DNA of 63,721 nt, the filler included, from Choristocarpus tenellus KU-1152 (Eukaryota; Protista; Phaeophyceae): assembly GCA_964200185.2 (NCBI GenBank). It is 10 parts of 10 records of this genome, joined end to end, with 100 filler letters (N's around TTAATTAATTAA, not from the genome) between each part and the next. Parts side by side here need not be neighbours in the genome. Positions count along the whole stretch, not along the records: positions 15,609 to 32,460 come from CAXNAD020000756.1; positions 32,561 to 37,371 come from CAXNAD020012970.1; positions 37,472 to 41,831 come from CAXNAD020014923.1; 7 more parts are not named here. One strand, given 5' to 3'. The notes beneath the pieces were generated by a model that worked only from the letters and a program-made list of their open reading frames with translations, ran no database searches and was not told the DNA's origin. A program made the translations under genes and the position numbers. Below, piece after piece: positions 25,965 through 37,499 of this stretch; the stretch's first letter is position 1, and each line of letters starts with the position of its first letter.

Positions 25965-27190
25965 ATCTTATTAGCAGTATTCCCCCTGACATTTTGCAGA
26001 TGTGTCAGGGGGGAAACAAATGAAAACTATACATATGTCAGTGTAAGCCCTAAAGAAATAAAATAGGGTCAAAGTATCTGGCGGGGTGGTGTCGGCGTCC
26101 GTTTTTCACCCCTTTTTCGATTGTCACTTTTTTGGTGTGATTTGGTCGCACCTGTCAGATTTGAAATGTCAGCAAAAAAAGAGTTGTTGGACCGAAACGG
26201 ACGCCCCCCCACAAAACACCCCCCAACCCCCCCCAAACACGCTCCCCCCAACGAAACAGTAGCAAACACATCAAAACACAACACCTCCACCAAAAAAATC
26301 TATTTCTTACTTCACCACTATCAATGTTGTAATACTGCCTTCCTGTGCTTCCAATCTACCTACTCCTGCGCCCCGGGGGGAGGAGCTAGAGAGCCATCCC
26401 AAGAATCCAATAAACCCCTGCGTGCCCATCTCCCTGGTGACTTTAGCTTGAAGCGCATGACACCTCTAGACAGTGCCACTTGTGTAGTGACCGAGACAAT
26501 TTAGCGTAGCCGGGATTTGACTACTCCTTTCCTGCTATATCCTCCTGTTCCTCTCCCCCCTACCATGTGAGTAGCCAGCTCATCCAGGAACCATTCCGCT
26601 TGCTTGCCGAGGCGCCCAAAACCTTCCATCGAGAAGGTGTTGAGGTTATAATTACGAGGATCAAAGGAGTCCTCGTAGTGGGTGCGCTTCTGCGTCTCGG
26701 CTGCAGTAGTAGCAGCTACGCTATTGCTGGTGGATGAGTGGTTTACGTGGGAGGTTGTCTGTACCTCTGCGAAGGTGACGTCTAGCAGAAGACCTTTGTC
26801 CCTGTTAGTGCCCCTGTGTGAAACACCGGGCTACCATCCTCCGTAGCGCAAGGGATGCCCATCCCCTTGCATAGTTGGTGCAGGTGTTTCATCATTGGAG
26901 TGTGCTGTCGTACCTGTCCCCCTGCCCTGGGGCAGGTACGGGCATGTCTGGTGTCAACATTTTGCCTCCTGCATCTTGCCACTAAACACCTGTTGGATAG
27001 GGCCTCCTCCCTCCCTAGGGATCTGCTGACTATGAGCTTGAATTCCACTGGAGGGATCTGGCATGCTGGTTCCAAAGGTTGAGTCGAAGCCCACGCGTTT
27101 GCCCCTTATCCACAATGGCTCCGTTGGTGTGTTAGGACCAATGAGGAGCTTTCTCTTCCTTGGTGTGCCTCATTTGGAAGGCCGACCAGT
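25965..27190 (-). mobile_element. CRE/R2-like RLE non-LTR retrotransposon, 5'-truncated, with 3' UTR
   Basis: LPNEAHQGRESSS...GANAWASTQPLEPACQIPPVEF...RHARTCPRAGGQVRQH...LLDVTFAEV...AAETQKRTHYE...; near reverse complement of 27748-28586. Confidence 0.85.
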
Positions 27191-27747
27191 CATATATATT
27201 TGTACTTCTGTGGAAAGCATGTTGGTCTGTTCTTATACCGTTCTTGCCGAATGTCATATACCATCATAACGTTATACCGTCGCACCAATTGAGGTTCCTT
27301 GTCAAGCGTTCATGATTTCCACTGGGCGGACCTTCCATCAGAATGAAACCATGGAATCTCTTCACGAGACCAATCCCACAGACTTGGGACAAGTCGTCAT
27401 GCAGAGTTATCACATATGGAAGATACACTTTGTTCTCACGTCTTGACTTGTAGTCATGAAGCCCCATCTTTGAAGATGCTCATCACTCCTCAATTTGCAC
27501 TTGTCCAATCTTAACCTTGTACCCTCGGTTACGGTTCGTCTTTGTTCGTCTGGTCCGTCTTGCTCGGTGATTCTCTTCACCACCCTTCCTGAGTGACCAC
27601 ACCGCCACAGAATCACACGATTCACACTTCATGACTATATATTACTTGGTCATTATGATGGTGAATAGAGAGATAAGACATGCTTACATTATTATGGCCT
27701 GTAACATTTTACAAATGTATGAGGGAAAAAAACAATGAAAAGCCAAG

Positions 27748-28586
27748 CCCCAGGGAAGGAGGACAGGTACGATAGCACACTCCAATGGTGAAACGCCTGC
27801 ACAACTATGCAAGGGGATGGGCATCTCTTGCACTATGGAGGACGGTAGCCCTTTCACAGTGGACAGGAATCTCCACATGAGTCCGGTGTTTCATGCAGGG
27901 GCACTAGCGGGCGCCGGAAGAAGCTCCCTACTGGGAGAAAGGTCTTCTGCTAGACGTCACCTTCGCAGATGTACAGGCAACCTCCCACCTAAACCACTCA
28001 TCCACCAGCAATGGTGCAGCTGCTGCTGCAGCTGAGGCGCGTAAGTGCACCCACTAGGAGGGCTCCTTTGATCCTCGTAGTTATAAACTCAACACCTTCG
28101 CGGTGAAAACGTTTTGGGCGCCTCCGCAAGCAAGCGGAATGCCCCCTGGATGAGCTGACTATTCACATGGTAGGGAGGAGAGGAACCGGATGATATAGCA
28201 GGAAAGGAGTAGTCAAATCACGGCTACGCAAAATCATCTCGGTGACTACGCAAGTGGTACTGTCTAGACGTGTCATGCGTTACAAGCTTGAGACACCAGG
28301 GAAATGGGCACGGAGGGGTTTATTGGATTCATGGGATGCCTCCCTAGCTCCTCCCTCTGGGGCAAGAGTAGGTAGATTGGAGGCACAGGAAGGCAGTAGT
28401 ACAATATATATTGATCGAGTGGTGAAGTAACAAATAGATTAGTGTTTTTCACATTTATCGTGTCTTATCGTGTTTTATAGTGTTTTTTACATTTATGATA
28501 TTTTATTTCCTTAGGGCTTACACTGACATATTTATAGTTTTTATTTGTTTCTCCCCTGACGTGTCAGAGGGCATAATAATAATAAT
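27748..28586 (+). mobile_element. CRE/R2-like RLE non-LTR retrotransposon 3' end with (TAA)n tail
   Basis: LLDVTFADV...AAAEARK...SFDPRSYKLNTFAV...SVTTQVVLSRRVMRY; ends CCCCTGACGTGTCAGAGGGCATAATAATAATAATA. Confidence 0.85.
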
Positions 28587-28654
28587 ATATTGAAAATCAT
28601 TAACATCTCAGAATAACCCCTTAAAAAGTAACAGTTGTGGTAAATGTGAAAGAC

Positions 28655-28975
28655 ATTAATCTATTTACTATTTTCCACCAGGTATGACACACCGCCGCCT
28701 TCCTATGCCTCCAACCTAGCTTAGTCCTGCACCCCAGGGTGAGGAGCTAGGGAAGCATCCCAAGAATCTAAAATAATTCCCTCCTTGCCCATCTCCCTGG
28801 TGTCTCCAGCTTAAGAACACATGACATGTCTAGATAGGGCTAGTTGTGTTGTGACAGACTATCTGTCGTAGGCGGCATTTGACAGCCCCTTTCCCGATGT
28901 AGCCTCCTGTCTCTCTCCCCCCTACTGCGTGCGTCGGTAACTCATCCAGGACACGTTTCGCTTGATTTCACGACG
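28655..28975 (-). mobile_element. Further CRE/R2-like LINE 3' fragment, runs into gap
   Basis: Direct similarity to 26296-26605 (GAGGAGCTAG.GA.CATCCCAAGAATC...CCCATCTCCCTGGTG...CTCATCCAGGA). Confidence 0.75.
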
Positions 28976-29949
28976 NNNNNNNNNNNNNNNNNNNNNNNNN
29001 NNNNNNNNNNNNNNNNNNNNNNNNNNNNNNNNNNNNNNNNNNNNNNNNNNNNNNNNNNNNNNNNNNNNNNNNNNNNNNNNNNNNNNNNNNNNNNNNNNNN
29101 NNNNNNNNNNNNNNNNNNNNNNNNNNNNNNNNNNNNNNNNNNNNNNNNNNNNNNNNNNNNNNNNNNNNNNNNNNNNNNNNNNNNNNNNNNNNNNNNNNNN
29201 NNNNNNNNNNNNNNNNNNNNNNNNNNNNNNNNNNNNNNNNNNNNNNNNNNNNNNNNNNNNNNNNNNNNNNNNNNNNNNNNNNNNNNNNNNNNNNNNNNNN
29301 NNNNNNNNNNNNNNNNNNNNNNNNNNNNNNNNNNNNNNNNNNNNNNNNNNNNNNNNNNNNNNNNNNNNNNNNNNNNNNNNNNNNNNNNNNNNNNNNNNNN
29401 NNNNNNNNNNNNNNNNNNNNNNNNNNNNNNNNNNNNNNNNNNNNNNNNNNNNNNNNNNNNNNNNNNNNNNNNNNNNNNNNNNNNNNNNNNNNNNNNNNNN
29501 NNNNNNNNNNNNNNNNNNNNNNNNNNNNNNNNNNNNNNNNNNNNNNNNNNNNNNNNNNNNNNNNNNNNNNNNNNNNNNNNNNNNNNNNNNNNNNNNNNNN
29601 NNNNNNNNNNNNNNNNNNNNNNNNNNNNNNNNNNNNNNNNNNNNNNNNNNNNNNNNNNNNNNNNNNNNNNNNNNNNNNNNNNNNNNNNNNNNNNNNNNNN
29701 NNNNNNNNNNNNNNNNNNNNNNNNNNNNNNNNNNNNNNNNNNNNNNNNNNNNNNNNNNNNNNNNNNNNNNNNNNNNNNNNNNNNNNNNNNNNNNNNNNNN
29801 NNNNNNNNNNNNNNNNNNNNNNNNNNNNNNNNNNNNNNNNGTTTGGATTCCAAGTCACTGTATTGGACGGTACCTTACGAAGAGGGAGATTGGGAGGAAC
29901 TCAACAGGACAGGAATTATTTGTTTATGCCAAGGAGGGTCAGGTATGAC

Positions 29950-30540
29950 ATGAGAAGATCGGAACTGGGGACCCTTTTATTGTAAGTCAAATTAGAGATC
30001 TATGTCTTGTGACGTTTGAACCGGATCCTCAGAAGGAAGAAGTGTGTGCTCTGATCAGGCTAGATGCAAATTGAGTGTGATTGTATCCTGTGACTTTTAG
30101 GAGGGATATTCCCAAAGGAAGCAAAGGTATGCAGCATGGATCATACTTGTGATTGGGAACATCGGGACTGGGAACCCATTATTTGTAGGCCACCTCAGAG
30201 ATGTATGCTTTGTAATGTTTGAACCACAACTTTCAAAAGGAAGGAATATATGTATACTTGGATTAGGCCAGATGCAAACTGACTTAGATTGTATCCTATG
30301 ACTTTTAGGACGGACACTACTAAAGGAAACAAGGATGTAAAGTAATCGCAGTTGTGATTAGGGAGATTGAAGTTGGAGACTCATTTATTCTAGGTCATGT
30401 CATAGATGTCTGTGTTGTAGATTTTGAACTCTACCTCCAAAAGGAACAAGCATACACTCGGATTAGGCCAGATGCTAACCGACTCTGATGGTATCCTGTG
30501 ACCTTTTGGACAGATTCTCCCAAGGAAAACAAGGATATCT
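29950..30540 (+). repeat. Three tandem ~200-205 bp degenerate repeats with coding signature
   Basis: GTGATT(G/A)GG.A.AT.G.A(A/G).TGG at ~29950, 30149, 30354; GAT(T/C)AGGC(C/T)AGATGC and GTATCCT(G/A)TGAC in each unit. Confidence 0.8.
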
Positions 30541-31418
30541 GTTGATCTATTTTGGATCTAGTCAGAGTTATATACATGTTTTGTTTTTTTGAACATGTAT
30601 AATCTGATTTGGTCAAACATGCATTGACTCTGACTCTGTCTTATGACTTCTGGAGATTCATCCTCAAAATAAACAAGGAGACACATCATTCATTGTTGGA
30701 AACAACTAGTTAATTTGGAACTGGATTCCCTCTGTCATCCAATGGCAACTAATACGTGCTACTGCACAATTGAGATGATCGACATTGTCTATTGTGTTAA
30801 CACATGACAATCACCTGTGGTAAGTGTGAAACATGTATACCTAGTTCACACTGTGGGGTATGTTACAGGCGAATAGCATGTCTGCTTTTGTGCTCTAACC
30901 AGTGTGAGCAGTCTTACTATGACATTCCCTCTTTTTATGTTATTGTTTGAGATATTTGTTTGTATTTGTTGAGACATTATTGTGTCTTGTATTTGTTTGT
31001 GCTTATGGTTATGAAGGGGAGAGTGTATGGCAGTACCCAAGTTAAGTGTTGCTGTGATTTTGTGTCTGCATTTGTGTTCCATGGTTTTGAAATGGGGAGA
31101 GTCCTTCATATGGTATTCTACTTTAGACACGAGTGTGAGACTCTGCTGTTGGAGGTTTTCTTTTGAATGTTGAGCCAAATGCAGAATATGTGATGTGAGA
31201 TAAGAGTGCCACGCAAGCATATCTCTTGTCAGGGTAAATGTTGGAAGGTGGGTTTTCCTCCAGGTTCCCTCCTCTGCTGGATCCCAACGCTTCCTACTGA
31301 TATGTTATGAAGTGACATTCATTTCATTTCTGCTACGTTCATAATAGGAAATGGAGTGACATTTCATTTCCTTGTCCAATTGCCTGTTCTTCTCATTGAA
31401 GGAGTTCTGCTTTGTGCT

Positions 31419-31752
31419 TGTTACAGGCGATATGTGTTGATGGTTGTTTCATAAACCCCATAATGGCCTTGAAGTCCTTGATTCGAAATATTTGTACTTC
31501 TTGACTATTTATTTTTTATTTGGTGATTATGATGCTCAATAGAGATAAGGCATTTTTGACCAGTTACCTGTTGACCAGTTCCTTTATATGATGATGTTGA
31601 TACATATGAAGGGGAATAATCCAAGTGAGAGATCCAGCATACTTGACAACTTGTGAATCAGGAGTCCTGTATGCATACATAAGCACCATCTTTAGGCTTC
31701 TGGACTGGAGCTAGACATCATGTGGGGGTAAGCAATGGAGCGTGCTGTAACA
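31419..31752. mobile_element. Solo LTR (TGTTA...TAACA), opposite orientation to 38425-38735
   Basis: TG...CA termini; reverse-complement similarity to the 38.5 kb copy; TSD not evident. Confidence 0.7.
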
Positions 31753-32819
31753 GATGGGCTAGGAGAGGCTTGACAGATTCGTGTGATTACCTTCCTTCAA
31801 TTTCATCTGCTTTCATAGAGTTAGCCTAGGAGTTGGTATTGTTATTGGTCGTAGTCTGTATTTTTTTGTTAGAGTGATGGGGTTTGCCAATATTAGGGAG
31901 GGTTTTGTCGCACACTATTTGGTTGCACAATCCCTTGTGTACTTAAGTCAAATACAACAAAAATTCATCCCTAACCCCTCATTGAGTTACACATCATCTT
32001 GTACTTAATTATGGTACCTTCAAATACCTAGATATTCTTTCAAAGACAGTTGTTTCAGAGTCATTACATGAACTGACACCATCAAATCAACAATCACCTC
32101 ATCAGTCCCTAGTTGTGATATAAGGCTGCAATGCACCTCAGTGGTTAAGACGGTGGCGAACTGCTGCATGAATTTAGTGAGTTCAATCCTCTTTGATGCT
32201 AGACTTCTTTCCATGAAAATCTCATTTCCATGACGCTATTCCATGCGTCAAGAACAATGGATTGTATACCTGTACTATCCTGACTGTACTACACCATGAA
32301 GATGTCAACAAAGATCTAGGTGGAAATTTCGGGGAAGGTCCAGTATAAAATTTTGGGGAAGAGGCTGGGTGATGAGTGGTGGGAGTCCTGGACCCAACGC
32401 ATGAGAGGCAAGAGGCATGTAGAGAGCCAGAACAATTAGTCATAGCGCAACACAGTTAGTNNNNNNNNNNNNNNNNNNNNNNNNNNNNNNNNNNNNNNNN
32501 NNNNTTAATTAATTAANNNNNNNNNNNNNNNNNNNNNNNNNNNNNNNNNNNNNNNNNNNNTTTGGCCCAAACACAAAAAAAAAAAACGCAAAACTCAAAC
32601 GGGCAAGCAACACATACATATAGTGTATGATATCACCCCCCCAAAAAAAAAAATATTAGACATCTCATCGTCATCAAAATCACACCTCGGTTGCATCTGT
32701 CGTTCAAATGCACAACTAGGCAACGAGATCGAGCCGACATCGTCGCCTATTATACACGGAAACCTTTTTTGGTCTAAATTTCTGTACTTTCCTTTTTTTG
32801 GTATCTATACCAAGCGCAG

Positions 32820-35800
32820 ATCACAGAGCTCCCAGAGTCAGTGGAGCAGTGGACGGAACTACGAGTGTTCACGATCAACGACAATGCACTGACAGTTCTT
32901 CCGCCTCAGGTAAGGAAATAAAAAACACATAAATAAATAAATAAATCCTTCCAATACACGGAGTACTTGCGCAATTATCAGCAGTTGCGCATTCTCAGAA
33001 GTATGATGTATCAGACATCTTCTTTTTTTTCCTGGCCTCCTGCACATGGTGGGAGTGGGAAGGCTGGGTTGAATGCATCCATACGTGGGTGCAAGGAGGT
33101 GTGCTGGTAACCCAGCAGGCGGGTGCGAGCGCAAGAAGCTGTGCTGTGTATGGTGGTTGGCGTATTACCCAGCAGAAGGTATCGCTGCCTGCATGAAGGA
33201 CTGCTCTGCATAAGATTAGTGAATGGTTGTACTACTCATGAGACCAAAGTATCTGGGGTGGGTGGGTGGGGGGGGGGTGTCTACACCAGAGTGTCCATTT
33301 GGCCCATAACCACAAAAGTGTACTTACATTATCCGTCCGATTAATGCAATCTAATCACCCAAAAATTGCGACATAAACAATTGGCCCCAAAAGGACAGCC
33401 GCCCCCCCCCCCCCCCCAGATGCTTTGAGACATGAAATAAAAAGCTTTCCTTTGGAGCGTTCTGGAGCGCCCTAGATTGATTTGGTGCCTTCAATTTGAA
33501 TTCTCAGCACCTGGTGTAGTTCACTGCAGGGATTGTGAGCACTGGAATTATTTGGAGGGAAACAGATGGTAAATATATGTAGTCAAGTAGTATATATATA
33601 ATAAGGTAGTTTCAACAGCAACCCCCTGGCTCAAACTCACATGGAATTGAGCTGAATATCCTGACGCACAGGAGCAACAAGAGTCATACACAAATGGGTT
33701 AGATGCAATAGGGATCTATCTCACCAGAAATGTGAACTGGGTTAATCTTGCTCTAAAATTCAAAGCATTTCACAGTACTCTATGCTGAATTTCGGGAGAT
33801 GTCTCCAACTGTCCGAAGTCTCTATTTTAAATATCCTCCCACCAGACTTCTCCAATCCCCCCTCCACCTTCCCTTGCCTTTCATGATCAAGGTGGGAGAC
33901 TGGCGAAACCTAGAGGTAATCAACGTTCGAAACAATCGACTTCGGATGCTCCCGCTAGAGATGGGAAGATGGGTGCGGCTGAAGACATTGTTTGCTGGAA
34001 ATAATGGCATCATGGAACTTCCAGAGGAGGTGACTGTGGCTTAGTACTGGGGGCGTAGGGGGAGGGACACTTTCAGGGTCAATGTCTCCTTCTTGTCAGT
34101 ACAATCAATCCATTGGACTTCCTGAGGATTACCTGTCATCCACCAGAGGCTGGCAGCCAAAATATGCGGAAAGTAACCTGAATGACAGCTGAAACTGTTG
34201 CACACCGGTCCTGGGCAAGTTGGTCCTTTGTGCTGTCTTATCCAAATATATACCTTTCACAAAACGACTCATGGGATCTCAGGTGGAGATCACTCTGCCC
34301 TCCGTGTCAACTGCTTTAGCTGCATTGTGCAGAGAAGCCTGTGGCTGACTGATATCCATAATTTGAAAGATCGTTGTGTGCCTGAGGTACAATAGAAGCT
34401 GTGGTACTTGACTCCAATGAAAAAATATATTGACAAGTCGATCTGCGGGACCAAGAGGCCGAAATTGCACAATTCTTTTGTCTTGATTTCGACTCATTGC
34501 AACAGGTCTAGGTTTTCTAAAGCGCTTCTCAAAATGACAAGCACATTACAAAAACACAAACAAGCACACCCCTTGTTCATGGTGTTTCAGATTGGACAGT
34601 GCACGGCTTTGGAGTCCCTCGATCTCCAAAAGAATGCTCTTTCACACCTACCATCCAGTCTGTCGTTGTGTGTTAACCTGGCATTCCTGCATCTTGGTAA
34701 CAACCGCATAACTGAGATGAAGCCATCCCTCTACGAAGCCCTGGTCAATCTGAAAGAGGCTTACCTCAATCGAAACAAGCTCCAGTCTTTGCCTCCTGAG
34801 GTATGTGTGGATTGAGGGACAAGTTTGGAAGACATCACAATCGTATTTGAGTGGAAGGTAAATGATTGTGATTGTGATAGTGATAGTGGTAGAAATAGTA
34901 GTAGTAGTAGTAGTAGTAATAGTGATAGTGATAGTGATAGTAATTGTAGTAGCAATAGTGGTAGTGGTAGTGATAGCAGTAGTAAAATAGTAGTGATAAT
35001 AATAGTGGTAAGAACATTCATGATAATTGATTTGGCATAATGGTGACAGAGAATTGTTCTGTTGCCTGATGTTTGGTGTTGATGGCCAAGCAATTGGAAA
35101 GAGAGTTTGGTTGGATTGGGTGTACCAATGGTAGTCAGAGTGGGTGGGATGTTGAGAATATGAGACCAGTTAGATGATAGTTGTACAGGGCAGGCCTGTG
35201 TTATTTGCATTTTTCTCACCTAGCTATATTCAGGGGTGGAGGCTGATGTGTGTTGAGGAATGAAGAGAAGATTGTTGTTCTGTGTAATTATATAGAAGGG
35301 ATTATCATACCAATCACTAGAGGTGGGTGAAGGTGGTTGTGGAGACCACATTACAGGAAACTGCTGATGAACGGAGAATGAGAATGAGTTCTGATGCTTT
35401 CTACATTTTGAGTTTTCGGGTTCAGTTTCCAGTTGTGAAGAGATCAAGAGATGGAGACTAAACACTAACACCCCCTGAAGCGCTTGCGTAGAAGGAAGTG
35501 AACGAATCAAAGATAAAGGGAAAGAGTGAGAGGGTTTCTTCAGGATAACCCAAAGACAAAACATTGCAGGAGCCAATGAGAAAATTGTCGGGCACATTCC
35601 GGGCAAGGTTCAAAACCATAGTGGACCAACCAGCACTTTTCACAAGTCAATGTCAACTAAGCAACATGCTCTAAAGTATACAAACGCCTACACCTACAAC
35701 TCGTGGGTCCCTCCCTATCTTAGATGCAATTTGACAGGACAATCTCTTTGAGGTAGATGAGTTAACAAGAAAGTCTGAAAAACCGAAAATATTACGCTTT

Positions 35801-37314
35801 GGGGGGTTCCATGTTCAACCATGGAGATCGTCAGTACAGGTCAAAGTATTTCCCATAATATCACTTCATCCTCACATTAAATCACATTGTTTCCGTCCTA
35901 GAGTGCAAAAAACCATCCACAATTTAAGCTCCTACGAGTTTGAATTATGCCCTAACCCTCTAACAGAAACTTTCAAAACAACCTTAAACCTTGAGTTAAT
36001 GTAAGGGGGGGACTACAGCATTTACTCATCAACTTGACTATGGGGTAAGAAAGGTTAAGTCTTGATGGAGGAAAGGAATAATATTGTGCTTAGACTATGA
36101 ACTTGTAGCAGGTAATGCTTGTACCTCTTTTTTTTTTTGGGGGGGGGGATGTCTTCAATAGCTATGTGAAGTAGAATGGAATGTATTGCGATGCCATGAG
36201 GGGGGCATTCAATAAACCACCATTTTTCTGCCTCTCTAAAATACCCTTCTCAATGCAATACTTATGTCGCGTTCCTTGACAGATCGGCTGCTTGGCAAAC
36301 ATCAGGAAATTGTCAATCAGCGGAAACAACATCAAGGTGAGCATGATCCCCACAGCAGTAAAACCATCAAGCAATCCTGGTATGGTTTCCCACTTTGTGT
36401 ACCTCAAGAGGCACGTTTAATAGTCCAGGGCGCAACTTTCCCCCCAACAAAGATAGAAAGGAGAATGATTGTCAGAAAAGGGCTTCTATGGTGGGGGGAA
36501 GAGATGCAGTAATTACCATGACCTGATCACAAATAAGTGCAAAGGAAATCGAACAGTTTCCACTTCATTCAGGGTGCAGTAGATACTACAACCAGGAGAG
36601 CAAAACAAAACCTTCTTTTCTTTTGGTATGGTCACGAAAAGAGCCCAAATATCTTCGAGGGTAGAGCCGCGTCCATTTGAGGTCCAAAATCCAATGTTGC
36701 AGTTTTGACGAATTTTTGGCTATCGTGTTTGTTAGGAGATGTCAATATCCTTGTTCCAGACACACCTTGTCATAACTTACACATTATACCTACTCTGAAA
36801 TGTTTCAGAGTAGGTATAATGTTATTAAAAACCCGTGGGAGGTCAAGCCCCAAACGGACAAACAGGGAAAAACTCGTAACCTCTAAGATACGTTCACTCA
36901 AAACACTGAATCTAACCTGGACACCTATTGCGTTGAGGAGAGAAGTGTTCATTACATGCTGGTTAGTTAGGGGGTTGCTTGTTTTAGTGCAAGGATTAAG
37001 ATTTGGTCATGAGAATCCATGGAATTGACGGAATGTGCAAAGACGGAGGAGGATTGTGGTGTATCTCCTCAACAGGCCGCATCAACATACATTCAACGAA
37101 GGGCGCTGTCAATGAACATTGTTGCGGTCCACAATACCCTGTAACACTTCACCTATGCCAAGAGAGGGTGGGCCGCCCATATACATAACGCTATTGAGAA
37201 CAATTTCCCCTCGCTTTCTTTCCCCCTGCATTATTTTATTTCTCACAGAATCTACCACAGGAGATTGGTTTTTGCAGTCAGATGACCGAGATTTATGTCA
37301 ACAACAACCAAAAG
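32820..37314 (+). CDS. Leucine-rich repeat protein, internal exons 32820-32909, 33892-34029, 34591-34800, 36283-36336, 37249-37314 (ends not found)
   Basis: All GT-AG, phase 0: ITELPESVEQWTELRVFTINDNALTVLPPQ-VGDWRNLEVINVRNNRLRMLPLEMG...-IGQCTALESLDLQKNALSHLP...-IGCLANIRKLSISGNNIK-NLPQEIGFCSQMTEIYVNNNQK; 23-aa LxxLxLxxNxLxxLPxEIG repeats. Confidence 0.92.
33242..33431. mobile_element. MITE family A, complete copy in an LRR intron
   Basis: GACCAAAGTATCTGGGG ... CCCCAGATGCTTTGAGAC; ATGA on both flanks. Confidence 0.85.
34862..35010. repeat. Compound microsatellite (GATTGT/GATAGT/AGT/AAT)
   Basis: Read directly; intronic. Confidence 0.9.
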
Positions 37315-37499
37315 GTGTGTGTGTGTGAGAGAGAGGGGGGGGGGAGAGAGAGAGTGAGAGAGCTGAGGGGANNNNNNNNNNNNNNNNNNNNNNNNNNNNN
37401 NNNNNNNNNNNNNNNTTAATTAATTAANNNNNNNNNNNNNNNNNNNNNNNNNNNNNNNNNNNNNNNNNNNNTAATACTTGTTTTCAGCAAGGGGAGGAG

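Noticed and set aside
20476-29948. Long 300-490 aa ORFs in the track at 20.1-21.7 kb and 28.9-29.9 kb
   Set aside because: Almost entirely translated N gaps.
34761-35219. Leu-, Ser- or Tyr-rich ORFs
   Set aside because: Translations of an intronic microsatellite.
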